This document shows, one piece after another, positions 1-9,882 of a stretch of 30,886 bases of DNA. The notes beneath the pieces were generated by a model. It was not told the origin of the DNA. It made no database searches and was given only the letters and a program-made list of their open reading frames with translations. The position numbers were made by a program, and so were the translations under genes. Positions within the stretch are counted from its first letter, which is position 1; every line of letters starts with the position of its first letter. This DNA is from Gemmatimonadota bacterium (GTDB taxonomy: Bacteria > Gemmatimonadota > Gemmatimonadetes > Longimicrobiales > Gaopeijiaceae). The stretch is taken from contig JBDHHQ010000052.1 in NCBI GenBank assembly GCA_039589315.1, positions 1 through 30,886 of the forward strand, written 5' to 3'.

Positions 1-5
1 AGACG

Positions 6-986
6 ATGGGCGACGTTCTCGCCTTTGCCGAACAGCGTGACGGATCCCTGCGCGGGGTCGCCAACGAAGTCGTTACAGTCGCGGCCGCCGTCGCCCGAGA
101 GCTGGGTGGATCGGTCACGGCGCTCGCCGTGGGCGCACCGGGCCTCGCGGCCGAAGCCGGCAGCCTGGGGGCCTTCGGTGCCGAGCTCGTCCGCGTGGCG
201 GAGGCGACCGAGCTCGACGGCTACAACGGAGATCAGCATGCCCCGGTGGTCGCGCAGGTCATCCGCGAAGGCGGCTTCTCCGCGGCCGTCTTTCCGGCCA
301 CCGCCCAGGGGAAGGACCTGGCTCCACGGGTGGCTGCCCTCCTCGACGTGCCGCTGGCAGCCGACGTGACCGATCTGGATGCGAGCGGCGGCGCCGTGAC
401 GGCCGTGCGTCCGGTCTACGCAGGAAAGGCGTTCGCCCGCGTGGCCTTCGCGGCCTCTCCAGCCATGGTCTCGATCCGCCCCAACGCGTTTCAGCCCGTC
501 GAACGGGCCGCGGCCGGGGCGGTGGAAGCGTTCACGCCCCAGGTGAGCTCCGCCGGCAGCCGTGTGGTGGGGTTCAGCGCCAGCGGTGGCGGCCAGATGG
601 ACGTGGCGGAAGCCTCGGTCGTCGTGTCGGGGGGGCGGGGCATGAAGGATCCCGAGAACTGGGCCCTCCTGGAGGAGCTGCGCGATGCGCTGGGGTCCGC
701 CGCCGCCCTGGGCGCTTCCCGTGCGGTGGTGGACGCAGGATGGCGTCCCCACGGTGAGCAGGTGGGGCAGACCGGCAAGACGGTGGCGCCCAAGCTGTAC
801 TTCGCGGTGGGAATCTCCGGAGCCATCCAGCACCTGGCCGGCATGCGCACGGCGGGGACCATCGTCGCCGTGAACAAGGACCCCGACGCACCGATCTTTC
901 AGGTGGCGGATTACGGCATCGTCGGCGACCTGTTCGACGTGGTGCCTCGCCTGACCGAGGAGATCCGCCGGATCACGCACGACTGA
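6..986 (+). CDS. etfA: Electron transfer flavoprotein alpha subunit (EtfA/FixB)
   Basis: 326 aa; hallmark FAD-binding motifs [58 protein letters not shown]. Confidence 0.97.
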   Translation: MGDVLAFAEQRDGSLRGVANEVVTVAAAVARELGGSVTALAVGAPGLAAEAGSLGAFGAELVRVAEATELDGYNGDQHAPVVAQVIREGGFSAAVFPATAQGKDLAPRVAALLDVPLAADVTDLDASGGAVTAVRPVYAGKAFARVAFAASPAMVSIRPNAFQPVERAAAGAVEAFTPQVSSAGSRVVGFSASGGGQMDVAEASVVVSGGRGMKDPENWALLEELRDALGSAAALGASRAVVDAGWRPHGEQVGQTGKTVAPKLYFAVGISGAIQHLAGMRTAGTIVAVNKDPDAPIFQVADYGIVGDLFDVVPRLTEEIRRITHD

Positions 987-1008
987 CGCCCGCGGCCGTG
1001 CGGCCGAG

Positions 1009-1554
1009 TCACGGCGGCCCGCCCAGCAGCGGCACGGGATCCCGCTCCCGCCCCCATCTCCAGACCTCGAAGTGGAGATGTGGGGCGGTGGCGTTTCCGG
1101 ATTGGCCGCTCAGTCCCAGAACTTGCCGGTGCTCCAAGGACTGGCCCCCCTCGACGTGGATGCGGGACAGATGGGCGTACACGGTCATCAGGTTGGCACC
1201 GTGGTCCACCCAGACCACGTTGCCGTAGCCTTCCATGACCCCGGCAAACCGCACTCGACCGGGGGCCATGGCCCGGACCGCGGATCCCAGGGGAACCGAG
1301 ATGTCCACGCCGGGATGAAAGTCCGGCGAAACGCCTCTCCAGCGTAAACCGTAGGCCGACAGCAGCCGCCCTTCGACGGGCCACCGCGGAATCGTGCAGC
1401 CGCCCGAGAGCACCGCGAGTAGGACGAAGACGAGTGGGGTCCGGGGGCGAGCGCGGCCCGGGCCCGCGCCAGATGTCCCTGGGTGGGGTTGTCGTCCGAC
1501 GCCCGCGCCGGGACCGTCCAGCCGCGGGATGTCGGCGGCAATCGGGGCTCTCAC
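1009..1554 (-). CDS. M23 family metallo-endopeptidase, probable lipoprotein
   Basis: HxxxD (FHPGVD), YAHLS and HxH (PHLHFEV) M23 motifs; hydrophobic stretch with lipobox-like LSGGC. Start uncertain. Confidence 0.9.
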   Translation of the reverse strand: MRAPIAADIPRLDGPGAGVGRQPHPGTSGAGPGRARPRTPLVFVLLAVLSGGCTIPRWPVEGRLLSAYGLRWRGVSPDFHPGVDISVPLGSAVRAMAPGRVRFAGVMEGYGNVVWVDHGANLMTVYAHLSRIHVEGGQSLEHRQVLGLSGQSGNATAPHLHFEVWRWGRERDPVPLLGGPP

Positions 1555-1573
1555 TGCTCGCTGACGCCCGCGA

Positions 1574-2893
1574 TCAGAGAAGGGTGGCAGTGAACTCCGG
1601 GCGCTCGCTCCAGCCTGAGCCCGGCCTCAGGAGCAGGACCTCGACGCTCTGGCCCACCTCCACGGCCTCCACCCCGCCGGGAATCACCGCGATGCCGTCG
1701 GCCTGACCCAGGCTGCGAACCAGTCCAGAGCCCTGCGGCCCGGTCAAGGTGGCGACGATACCGTCGCCCGCGCTCGCGAGCTGGACGCGCAGGAACACCG
1801 TGAGGTCCCGGGCTCCCGTCAGTCGAGACCCCGCCCGGGCTCGCAGCACGGGAGCATGGATCCGTCGGTGCCCGGCCAGGGCCAGGAGGAACGGCCGGAC
1901 GAGCACCCAGAAGTTCACGAACGCCGACGCAGGATTCCCCGGAAGGCCGAAGACGTGGAGCGGCGGGCCCTCCTCCCGGGGAAGGAGCCCGAAGCTGAAC
2001 GGGGAGCCGGGGCGCATCTGAACGCGCCAGAAGTCGAGCTCGAAGCCGAGAACGTCGAGGACCCGCTTGAAGAGATCCGTCTCGCCCATGGATGCCCCCG
2101 CGACGGTCAGCAGGACGTCGGCCGTGGAAGACAGGGCTCTCCGGAGACCGGCTTCGACGCTGGACTCGGTGTCCGCCGCGATGCCGAGTCTGATCGCCTC
2201 TCCGCCCAGCTCCTGGATCGCTGCAGCCAGCGCGTGACTGTTGCTCTCGGGGATCGCTCGGCCGGCCAGGACCTCGTCGAAGCGGTCGAGAGGGACGAGC
2301 TCGTCGCCGTTCGAGAGGATCGCCACCGTGGCAGATCCGTGGACGGAGATCTGGCCCCGGCCCAGGGCGGCCAGCACGCCCACCTGTCCGGGTCCCAGCG
2401 TGGTACCGGGTGCGAAGACGGCGTCACCCTTCCGCATGTCCTCCCCACCGGGCCTCACGTTCCGGCCCGCGTCGCCAGCGTCCAAAACCTCGACCGAGCC
2501 CGGCGTCTGCTCGGCGTCCGTGTGCTCTACCCGGACCACGGAATCCGCGCCCGGGGGCACCGGGGCCCCAGTCATGATGCGGATGGCTTCGCCGGGGCCC
2601 AGCCGGGCGGAAGCGGCCTCTCCGGCGCGGACCTCACCCGTGACGCGGAGAACCACCGGTGCGTCCGCCCGGGCACCCTCGACGTCCGCAGCACGCACCG
2701 CGTAGCCGTCCATGGCGCTGTTGTCCCAGGGTGGCAGCGTCGCGGAAGCGGCCACGGGTCGCGCCAGAGCCGTGCCCAGAGCCCGATGCAGCGGCACCTC
2801 CCTGGGCTCCAGGGGGGACGCCCGGTCCAGAATACGGCTCCGTGCCTGGTCGACGGTGAGCCAATCGGCCGGCCGGCTCTCGAATCGGGTCAT
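1574..2893 (-). CDS. moeA: Molybdopterin molybdotransferase MoeA
   Basis: PPWDNSAMDGYAV, IRIMTGAPVPPGAD, GDEL, LPGNPASA, QGSG motifs. Start placed at ATG 2893 (MTRFESRP) because the longer ORF overlaps the upstream gene. Confidence 0.95.
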   Translation of the reverse strand: MTRFESRPADWLTVDQARSRILDRASPLEPREVPLHRALGTALARPVAASATLPPWDNSAMDGYAVRAADVEGARADAPVVLRVTGEVRAGEAASARLGPGEAIRIMTGAPVPPGADSVVRVEHTDAEQTPGSVEVLDAGDAGRNVRPGGEDMRKGDAVFAPGTTLGPGQVGVLAALGRGQISVHGSATVAILSNGDELVPLDRFDEVLAGRAIPESNSHALAAAIQELGGEAIRLGIAADTESSVEAGLRRALSSTADVLLTVAGASMGETDLFKRVLDVLGFELDFWRVQMRPGSPFSFGLLPREEGPPLHVFGLPGNPASAFVNFWVLVRPFLLALAGHRRIHAPVLRARAGSRLTGARDLTVFLRVQLASAGDGIVATLTGPQGSGLVRSLGQADGIAVIPGGVEAVEVGQSVEVLLLRPGSGWSERPEFTATLL

Positions 2894-2921
2894 GGCTGAG
2901 GTGGCCCGCTCACGTTCGAGC

Positions 2922-3623
2922 TCAGAAGTTGTACGCGATTCCGGCAGAGATGCCCCAGGCCTGGATCCACTCACTCTCCGGCGACGCCACCAGTGCCTCC
3001 CTGTTCCGGTACCCCGAGGGGATGTCCTGTTGCCAGAGCTGGAGGGTCAGCTCGGAGCGGAGCAGAATGCGGTGGCTGATGAACCATCGGCCGCCGAACC
3101 CCAGAAGTCCCGAGAAGGAGTTCCCGAAGCTGTAGCGGTCCTCGGGCTGCAGCAACTGATCCGCCGGCTGCCCGCCGGCCAACTCGAAGGTGATCCCGGC
3201 TCCCACCAGGACGTGCGGCGACAGGCGGTGCCAGGTGCGTTGGCCGACGAGCATGAACTTGATGCGCGCCTCGGCCGTCAGAAGCTGGAGGTCCGCCTCG
3301 CCTACCTTCGTGAACTCGCCTTCCGGGCCAGGGTCCAGGACGTCCCGCGACGAGTCCATGTACGTCAGGACTCCCTCGAGAGAGAAGGGACCGCCGATGG
3401 TGATCCCGTAGCGGGCGCCCGCCAGCGGTCCCGGCTTCGGTCCGATGCCGAACTGGCCGTCGGCCACGAAGAAGTTGTAGCCGGCGAAGAGCCCTGCCTC
3501 CTGGTTGGTGTCCACATGGCGGTACGGCGAGGGGATGCTCTGGGCGGCGAGGGGACCCGCGAGAGCCGAGACCAGGAGGATGGCGCCCAGCAGGGCGCGG
3601 CGGACGAGTCGAGTTGCGTGCAT
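2922..3623 (-). CDS. Outer-membrane beta-barrel protein
   Basis: Signal peptide (MHATRLVRRALLGAILLVSALAGPLAA-Q), alternating amphipathic beta strands, C-terminal ...ISAGIAYNF (BAM-type aromatic end). Start at ATG 3623. Confidence 0.8.
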   Translation of the reverse strand: MHATRLVRRALLGAILLVSALAGPLAAQSIPSPYRHVDTNQEAGLFAGYNFFVADGQFGIGPKPGPLAGARYGITIGGPFSLEGVLTYMDSSRDVLDPGPEGEFTKVGEADLQLLTAEARIKFMLVGQRTWHRLSPHVLVGAGITFELAGGQPADQLLQPEDRYSFGNSFSGLLGFGGRWFISHRILLRSELTLQLWQQDIPSGYRNREALVASPESEWIQAWGISAGIAYNF

Positions 3624-3868
3624 GGAGCCCTGAGGCCGTGATCGTCGGTTTCGATTCCGCTCGGAGGGGGTGTGCAGGTCTCCGGCTGACCGTTTAACAC
3701 CTGGGTACCTGGATCGTTTCGTCGGGGGAGCACACTGTCCGGGGCGGTGTAGAACAGCGACCGATCCGGCCGGGGAAGGGCGCGATGAAGCGGATTCTCC
3801 AATGCTCTGGGTCGGGACTGCGCGGGCTCGAGGGCAAGAGTTGGGCGTCTTCTTCCGATACCCAGGGT

Positions 3869-6070
3869 ATGACTTCACATAGTCGCATGATGCCGCGCCA
3901 ATGGCGGATCCGGGCCGCGTTCACGAGCCTGGTCGTCGTCGGGTCCATTCTCTCGAGTTGTTCGGACGGTGGTCCCACGGGCCCGAGTCCTGCGGTGTTG
4001 GAGATCGTCGCGCTCTCGGGAGGTGGGCAGGTGGCCCTGGCCGGCCAGGCCCTTCCGGAGCCCTTCGAGGTCCGGGTCCAGGACTCGGCGACGGGCAAAC
4101 CGTCCGCCGGCGTGACCGTCGATTGGACGATCGTGACCGGCGACGGCGCCTCCATGAGTCCCCCGCGCGGGGTGACGGACGCGAACGGCACGACCTCGGC
4201 CCGCCTCACGCTGGGCCCCAACCTCGGCGAGTATCGGGTCGAGGCTGCCTTCGACGGACTCACCCGTCCGCCGGCGTCCTTCGTGGCCTCCGCCATGCTC
4301 GAACCGGAGCTCGGCTCGCTCTCTCCCGATCCGGTGGCTGCAGGAGCCACGCTGGCCCTGGAAGGGTCGAACTTCAGTCCCTCGCCGGGGGACAACGTTG
4401 TCCTGTTCTCCGGTATTCGTGGGCAGGTCGTCTCCGCGACCGCGACTCGCCTCGACGTGATCGCTCCCCCGTGCCTACCTGAGCGTCAGGTGACAGTCAC
4501 CGTCCGACTCGGCAGCCTCGAGAGCAACGCTCTGGAGTTGGCGGTGCAAGGCGGCAATCGGCTCGTGGAGCTGGCACTGGGCGAGCACATCACCTTTCCC
4601 CGTGCAACCGGCTTGGATTGCGCCCGCCTGCCGGATGCGAACGGCCGGGAATACCTGGCCGTCGTCAGCACCGCGAGCCAGGTCGCGGCGGCGCAGTGGA
4701 GCTACGTCCTCACGGGTCTGGGCGACGTGGCAGCCGATCAGGCACCTGCGCTGGCTTCGGTGCCGGTGTCCCCGGTCGCGGTGGGCTCCCGGCACGGGGT
4801 GGACGATGGGGCACAGGCGGAGTGGGACCGGGCCCTCCGGCGCGCGGAGGGGCGCTTCGTGAAGGGGCCGAGGCCGGAGTCTGCCGCCGCCAGGGCGGCG
4901 GGAGCCGAGCTCGTCCCCCAGGTCGGAGAGCGCCGCGAGTTCAGCGTCCTCAACCGGGACATGGAGTACACGCAGGTCACCGCCGAGGCGGTCTTCGTCG
5001 GTGACCACGCGGCGATCTACATGGACCTGAACGCTCCGCAGCCGGGCCTGGGGCCGTCCGACCTCGCATCCCTGGCCGGGGACTTCGACGATCCGATCTT
5101 CCCCACTGCCACTGACGTCTTCGGGGACGCGTCGGACCTGGACGGGAACGGCCGCATCGCCATCCTCTTCACGCCGGTGGTGAATGAGCTGACGGCAACG
5201 GGCGCCGACGGCTTCGTGGGGGGCTTCTTCTTCGGCCTCGATCTGCTGCCGGAGCAGCCCAACAGCAACGGGGGAGAGGTCTTCTACGCCCTCGTACCGG
5301 ATCCGGGCGGTCAGTTTGGAGACCCGAGGAGCGTAGCGCTGGTCATGGACGTGATTCCCGCGATCTTGGCCCACGAGTTCCAGCACATGGTCGGCTTCGG
5401 CCAGCGGATCCTGACCCTCGGAGGAAACGAGCAGGAAGCCCTCTGGCTCAGCGAGGGGCTGGCCCAGATGGCGGAGGACGTCGTGGGCGAGGCGTTCCTG
5501 TCCCGCGGTGAGACGGCGAAGGGGGTCCAGTACCAGTCCGGCAACTGGACTCGGGCCGAGCGGTATCTCAGAGATCCCGGGGATGTCTCCCTCATCGTGA
5601 AGCAGGGGAACGGAACGCTGGCGGAGCGTGGTGGAGGCTGGCTGTTCGTCCGCTACCTCCGGGCGCAGCAGGGCTCGAACGCGATCCTGGGGGCGCTCAC
5701 GCAGACGACACGGGTCGGCGTGGCCAACGTCGTCGCGGCAACGGGACGCAGCTGGGAGGACCAGCTCCCGGAGTGGAGCGCCGCCCTCTATTTGAGCGGA
5801 ACCGGCGTGCCCGCCGATGCACGGCTCCTGTTCCCGGACCTGGACCTGCGCAGCACGATCGAGGAGGTGACCAACCCGTATCCTCTCACGCCGACCGAAT
5901 TGGGAGCCCAGGACTTCCAGGTGCTGGACCGCGTCTGGTCCTCGTCCGCCGACTACTTCCTCGTCCGGCCCCGGGCAGGTGGCTCCGTGTCTCTGGCGTT
6001 GTCCGGGTCCGAGCTGGGGGATGCGCCCGCGGAGGCTCGCTTCCGACTCACCCTCGTGCGCACGAGGTGA
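3869..6070 (+). CDS. Lipoprotein with Ig-like and IPT/TIG domains plus HEXXH zinc metallopeptidase domain (M30/hyicolysin-like)
   Basis: Lipobox ILSSC; Big_1-like TDANGTT; IPT-like LEGSNF...VLFSG; Ca-binding-like DLDGNGR; ILAHEFQHMV followed by WLSEGLA. Start may be 3869, 3887 or 3890. Confidence 0.75.
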   Translation: MTSHSRMMPRQWRIRAAFTSLVVVGSILSSCSDGGPTGPSPAVLEIVALSGGGQVALAGQALPEPFEVRVQDSATGKPSAGVTVDWTIVTGDGASMSPPRGVTDANGTTSARLTLGPNLGEYRVEAAFDGLTRPPASFVASAMLEPELGSLSPDPVAAGATLALEGSNFSPSPGDNVVLFSGIRGQVVSATATRLDVIAPPCLPERQVTVTVRLGSLESNALELAVQGGNRLVELALGEHITFPRATGLDCARLPDANGREYLAVVSTASQVAAAQWSYVLTGLGDVAADQAPALASVPVSPVAVGSRHGVDDGAQAEWDRALRRAEGRFVKGPRPESAAARAAGAELVPQVGERREFSVLNRDMEYTQVTAEAVFVGDHAAIYMDLNAPQPGLGPSDLASLAGDFDDPIFPTATDVFGDASDLDGNGRIAILFTPVVNELTATGADGFVGGFFFGLDLLPEQPNSNGGEVFYALVPDPGGQFGDPRSVALVMDVIPAILAHEFQHMVGFGQRILTLGGNEQEALWLSEGLAQMAEDVVGEAFLSRGETAKGVQYQSGNWTRAERYLRDPGDVSLIVKQGNGTLAERGGGWLFVRYLRAQQGSNAILGALTQTTRVGVANVVAATGRSWEDQLPEWSAALYLSGTGVPADARLLFPDLDLRSTIEEVTNPYPLTPTELGAQDFQVLDRVWSSSADYFLVRPRAGGSVSLALSGSELGDAPAEARFRLTLVRTR

Positions 6071-6177
6071 GCAGGCCTGGCGATCCCGGGACGGAAGGGT
6101 GAATCTTCTGGAAGAGAGGGTCGTAGTGTCAGGTACCCGAAAACAATCCCAGAGCAAGCGATAGAGCTTCTACCACC

Positions 6178-6960
6178 ATGCGTTGCCCCACTTGCGGTGA
6201 GCACCTGAGGCCCAACGAGTCCCGCTGTCCCACCTGCGGGGCGGCCGTCGCGCACCTGACCCCCACGGGGCCGGAGCTCGGGGGCGTGCTGAGGTGTCCG
6301 CGGTGCCGGTACCGGGGCGACGGGATCGCCTACTTCCGGCGACCCACCCATGTGGGCATCCTCGTGGGCGTGAGCCTCTTCACCTACGGCATCGGCGGGT
6401 TGGTGTACTGGCTGGCGCGGCGGAAGCACACGGTCTGTCCGAATTGTGGGCTGGGGTGGGAGCATGCGACGCACCAGCTGGCCTCGGGGGGTGGCGCGAG
6501 CCAGGAAAGGGCTCTCGGGAGCGCGGCGTCCCAGAGCGACGATCCTCCCCTTCCGCGGAGCGGGATCATCCGGCGCGTCCTGGGGGGGGCCTTGGCCGGC
6601 CTCGCCGTCCTGATCACCACTGTGGGGCTCGCGGAGGGCGAGCTCGCCGCCCTCGGCGTCGCCGCGGTCATCGGCGGGACCGGGTCGGCCACGTTCTACT
6701 GGGGGTGGAGGGCGCTGCAGGATCGGCGGAAGGCCATCGTCTCGGCCATTCAGCAGAAGATCCTGCGCCTCGCAGGCAAGAAGGGCGGGGCCTTGACCGT
6801 GACCGAGGTGGCCACCGAGCTGAGCCTGTCGCTGCCGGCGGCCGAGCGCGTCCTGCTCGCCATGGACGACGGCTTCCGGGTGCGGTCCGACGTCACCGAC
6901 GAGGGCCTGATCCTGTACGAGTTCCCGGAGCTCAAGCCCAGGAAGCAGCTAGGGCCCTGA
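6178..6960 (+). CDS. Zinc-ribbon membrane protein with C-terminal winged-helix-like domain
   Basis: CPTC...CPTC, CPRC...CPNC pairs; two hydrophobic hairpins; C-terminal LTVTEVATELSLSLPAAERVL...TDEGLILYEFP. Confidence 0.7.
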   Translation: MRCPTCGEHLRPNESRCPTCGAAVAHLTPTGPELGGVLRCPRCRYRGDGIAYFRRPTHVGILVGVSLFTYGIGGLVYWLARRKHTVCPNCGLGWEHATHQLASGGGASQERALGSAASQSDDPPLPRSGIIRRVLGGALAGLAVLITTVGLAEGELAALGVAAVIGGTGSATFYWGWRALQDRRKAIVSAIQQKILRLAGKKGGALTVTEVATELSLSLPAAERVLLAMDDGFRVRSDVTDEGLILYEFPELKPRKQLGP

Positions 6961-7869
6961 TCGCACACCGACCCGGCCGCGGCGCCCCGCCGGCGAGAGC
7001 CGTGTGAGGCTGAGGCTGCCGATGATGACGGCGGCGCCCAGGATCTGAAGCGGGGAGGGCGTCTCTCCCAGCCAAAGCCACGCCGTCACGAGCGCCACCA
7101 CGGGGACCAGGTTCGAATAGACCGCGGTGCGGGAGCTCCCGATCCGTTCCACGCCCCGGTACCAGGCGACGTATGCCACCGCCAGCGCCAGGAAACCGGC
7201 GTATACCACCGTTCCCCACCCGGCCAGGGAGATGTCGCCGAAGGACGTGCGCGACAGGCCCGGGACGGCCATCAGAAGCAGCCCCGGCGTGCCGATCCAG
7301 ATCGTCCAGGCCGTGACCCTCACGGCTCCGTACCGAACCACCATGCCGCGGGAGCCCACCGTGTAGGTTGCCCAGGCGAGGGCGGCCCCCACCATGAGCA
7401 AGTCGCCTCGCCACGTCTCCACGCCCAGCCCGATCGTCCCGGCGCCCCCGAGGACCACCATGACCATCCCCACGAGGGTGCCTGCCACGCCGAGCCAGGT
7501 GAGCAGGCCTGGCCGCTCGTGTCCGAGGCGGCGAGAGAGAAGCGCTGTCCACACCGGTACGGTGGCCAGGATGATGCTGGCGTTGCCCGCGAGCGTGTGG
7601 TCGATCCCGATGATGAAGAGCCACTGGTACACCACGTTCCCCAGCACACCGAGGCCAACCAGGCGCGGGATGTCCCGGCGCTCGGGCTTCCGGGTGGGGC
7701 CACGGACTCGCAGCACCACGAGAAGGGCCACGGCCGCGAGCGGGAACCGGAGGGCGTTGAAGACGAGGGGGTCCAACTCCTCGAGCCCGACCTTCACGAC
7801 CGCGAAGTTGATGCCCCAGATCAGCGCGAGGGAAAGGAGGCCCAGATCGGTCAGTCGGTCGGAGCGCAA
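6949..7869 (-). CDS. DMT/EamA family transporter
   Basis: About 10 TM helices in two EamA repeats; LIWGINF, ALRF, GDLL, NLVPVVA, WLWLGE motifs. TTG start. Confidence 0.92.
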   Translation of the reverse strand: MRSDRLTDLGLLSLALIWGINFAVVKVGLEELDPLVFNALRFPLAAVALLVVLRVRGPTRKPERRDIPRLVGLGVLGNVVYQWLFIIGIDHTLAGNASIILATVPVWTALLSRRLGHERPGLLTWLGVAGTLVGMVMVVLGGAGTIGLGVETWRGDLLMVGAALAWATYTVGSRGMVVRYGAVRVTAWTIWIGTPGLLLMAVPGLSRTSFGDISLAGWGTVVYAGFLALAVAYVAWYRGVERIGSSRTAVYSNLVPVVALVTAWLWLGETPSPLQILGAAVIIGSLSLTRLSPAGRRGRVGVRSGP

Positions 7870-7907
7870 GACAGTCGAAAAGAGGCCAGTCGAAGGGGAA
7901 AAGGTAG

Positions 7908-7936
7908 TTGTCTTTTGAGCGCCCGAGGCCTACCTT
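7908..7936 (+). promoter_or_regulatory. Putative sigma70 promoter of the TPR gene
   Basis: TTGTCT (7908-7913), 17 nt, TACCTT (7931-7936) in an AT-richer intergenic patch. Confidence 0.45.
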
Positions 7937-7971
7937 ACGTGAGCCCCCCAAAGCTACCGCATCCCGGGAAC

Positions 7972-9759
7972 ATGTCCACATCCTTCGTCGTCCGCCTCGA
8001 CGACTACCGGGGCAAGAGAAGGCAGCGCCTGCGGCAGACGCTGGCGCTCAGCCGGCCGGATCCCGAGCGTGCGAGACTCACGGATCACCTCCGGGAGATC
8101 GTCGCGCTCGTAGGGGCAGACCGGGCCGCCGTGGTATGGGTCGACGAGTACGGCCCCGCGCTGGTCCACGTGCACTGCATCGTAGACCTCTTCAGCGACG
8201 TACCCCGGATCTCGTTCCCTGCCAAGTCACTGCGAGCCGCCTGGGAGGAAGGCATTCCGGGGTTGGCCGATTTCCCGGACCTGGACCGGTCCGAGGCCAA
8301 GCTCACGCCCGACGGGCCCCGCAGCCTCACCGCCGTAGCGTTGGGGAGCGACGGCGCACGGGCGTGGTTCCTCGCGGTCGACTCCGTGTTGCCCCGGCGA
8401 GCGCTCACTGAAGAAGTCCGCGGCGAGCTGATGTTCCTGGCCGGAGAAGCCTCGTCCATCGTGCTCCACCGTGACGATTCAGGGAGCTCCCCGGGGCGCG
8501 CCTCTCCCGAGGAGTCCGGATTCGCAGGGTGGCCCGTCCTGAAGGACATCGAAGGTCGGGAGAACGATGAGGTCTTGAACCGCCGGATCGCTGCACGCTT
8601 TCTGGTTGCACGTGCCGTGCAAGGGCTTGTGGAGGATGACTTCGCGGTGCTGCCCGAATCGCTGAGTCGCCAGGTTGCGGGTGTGCGCAATGAGATCCTG
8701 ACGCTGCCGTCCAGGGATGCCGAGGTGCGACTCTGGGGGGAGGTACTCGCCGCTCTCGAGCGTCAGGAGCTCCCGGAGCTGGCCTCTGCCACCCTGGAGC
8801 TCGCGCGGCTTGTGGAGCGCCAGGACCACCTTTCCGGCGCGCTCGAGCTATGCCGCCTCGCCTTTCGTGTGGCGGGGATCGCCGGCTCGGTCACCGTGGC
8901 CATGGATGCAGCGCGCTTCCATGGCCGCGTCTTTCGTCGCCTGGCCCGCTGGGACGAGGCGACGCGGTGGTACGGCTACGCCAGGGAGATCGCCCGTTGT
9001 GCCGGGGACGCCGGCCGGGAGTCGGTGATCCTGGACGGGTTGGCCAGCACCTACCGCGATCGTGGCAACCTGCCTGGCGCCAGAGAGCTGCTGCACGAGG
9101 CCCTGGCCCTCGGTCGCTTGGCCGGAGACCGCTACGCCGAAGGCAGCGCCCACCACAGCCTCGCCGTGATCGAGAAGATGTCGGGTCGCCTGGACCGGGC
9201 GATCTCCCATGGCTGGAGCGCCGTGCGGACCCATGGGGAGGGCGAGCCGTGGCTGGCCGCCTTGACGGACCTGGCCGGCGTCTTCGTGGAGGTGGGCGAG
9301 CTCAAGGCCGCCGAGGACGCGTACACGATCGTCATGGGCTCCTCGGGTAGCTACATCTACCGGACGTACGCCCTCGACGCGCTCGCCTACGTGGCGGCGC
9401 TGTCGGGGAACCGGCAGGAGTTCGAGCGACGGGCCGCCCGGGCCGACGCGGCGGGCTGGACGGAGGCGGCGCCTGCCATCAGGGCCGAGTTCTCCTACTT
9501 CCGCGGTAAGAGTTGGGAGGCCCTGGGAAACCTGGCCGACGCGGCAGACTGGTACGAGCGGGCCCTCGCCCTGGCGGATGGGCACGGGTTGAACAAGATC
9601 TACTTCGACGCCGAGGCGGCCCTCGGCAGACTAGAAGGTGGGTCCTCGGACGCCGGCGAGGGCAGCCCTGCGGCCGAGGACGCCGTCCCGGAGGTCATGG
9701 ACGGGATCCGCGAGGAGCTCACGGCCATGCGGGCGGCCCTGACCGAGCTCGTGGGGTAG
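7972..9759 (+). CDS. TPR protein with N-terminal GAF-like domain
   Basis: 595 aa from ATG 7972. N-terminal about 170 aa with GAF-like pattern (VGADRAAVVW...RSLTAVALG...FLAVDS...LMFLAGEAS); C-terminal TPR-like repeats (LDGLASTYRDRGNLPGARELLHEAL; YFRGKSWEALGNLADAADWYERAL). Confidence 0.75.
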   Translation: MSTSFVVRLDDYRGKRRQRLRQTLALSRPDPERARLTDHLREIVALVGADRAAVVWVDEYGPALVHVHCIVDLFSDVPRISFPAKSLRAAWEEGIPGLADFPDLDRSEAKLTPDGPRSLTAVALGSDGARAWFLAVDSVLPRRALTEEVRGELMFLAGEASSIVLHRDDSGSSPGRASPEESGFAGWPVLKDIEGRENDEVLNRRIAARFLVARAVQGLVEDDFAVLPESLSRQVAGVRNEILTLPSRDAEVRLWGEVLAALERQELPELASATLELARLVERQDHLSGALELCRLAFRVAGIAGSVTVAMDAARFHGRVFRRLARWDEATRWYGYAREIARCAGDAGRESVILDGLASTYRDRGNLPGARELLHEALALGRLAGDRYAEGSAHHSLAVIEKMSGRLDRAISHGWSAVRTHGEGEPWLAALTDLAGVFVEVGELKAAEDAYTIVMGSSGSYIYRTYALDALAYVAALSGNRQEFERRAARADAAGWTEAAPAIRAEFSYFRGKSWEALGNLADAADWYERALALADGHGLNKIYFDAEAALGRLEGGSSDAGEGSPAAEDAVPEVMDGIREELTAMRAALTELVG

Positions 9760-9882
9760 GCGCCGTGCTGGCGCCCTTCCACCATGAGCTCGTAGCGGTT
9801 TGGCTGGTGGCGTCGCCGCGAGCGGCCGCTGGGCCGGCGCGACCGCTGGACCGCTGTACCGCCTCGGTTATGCTGCCCTACG

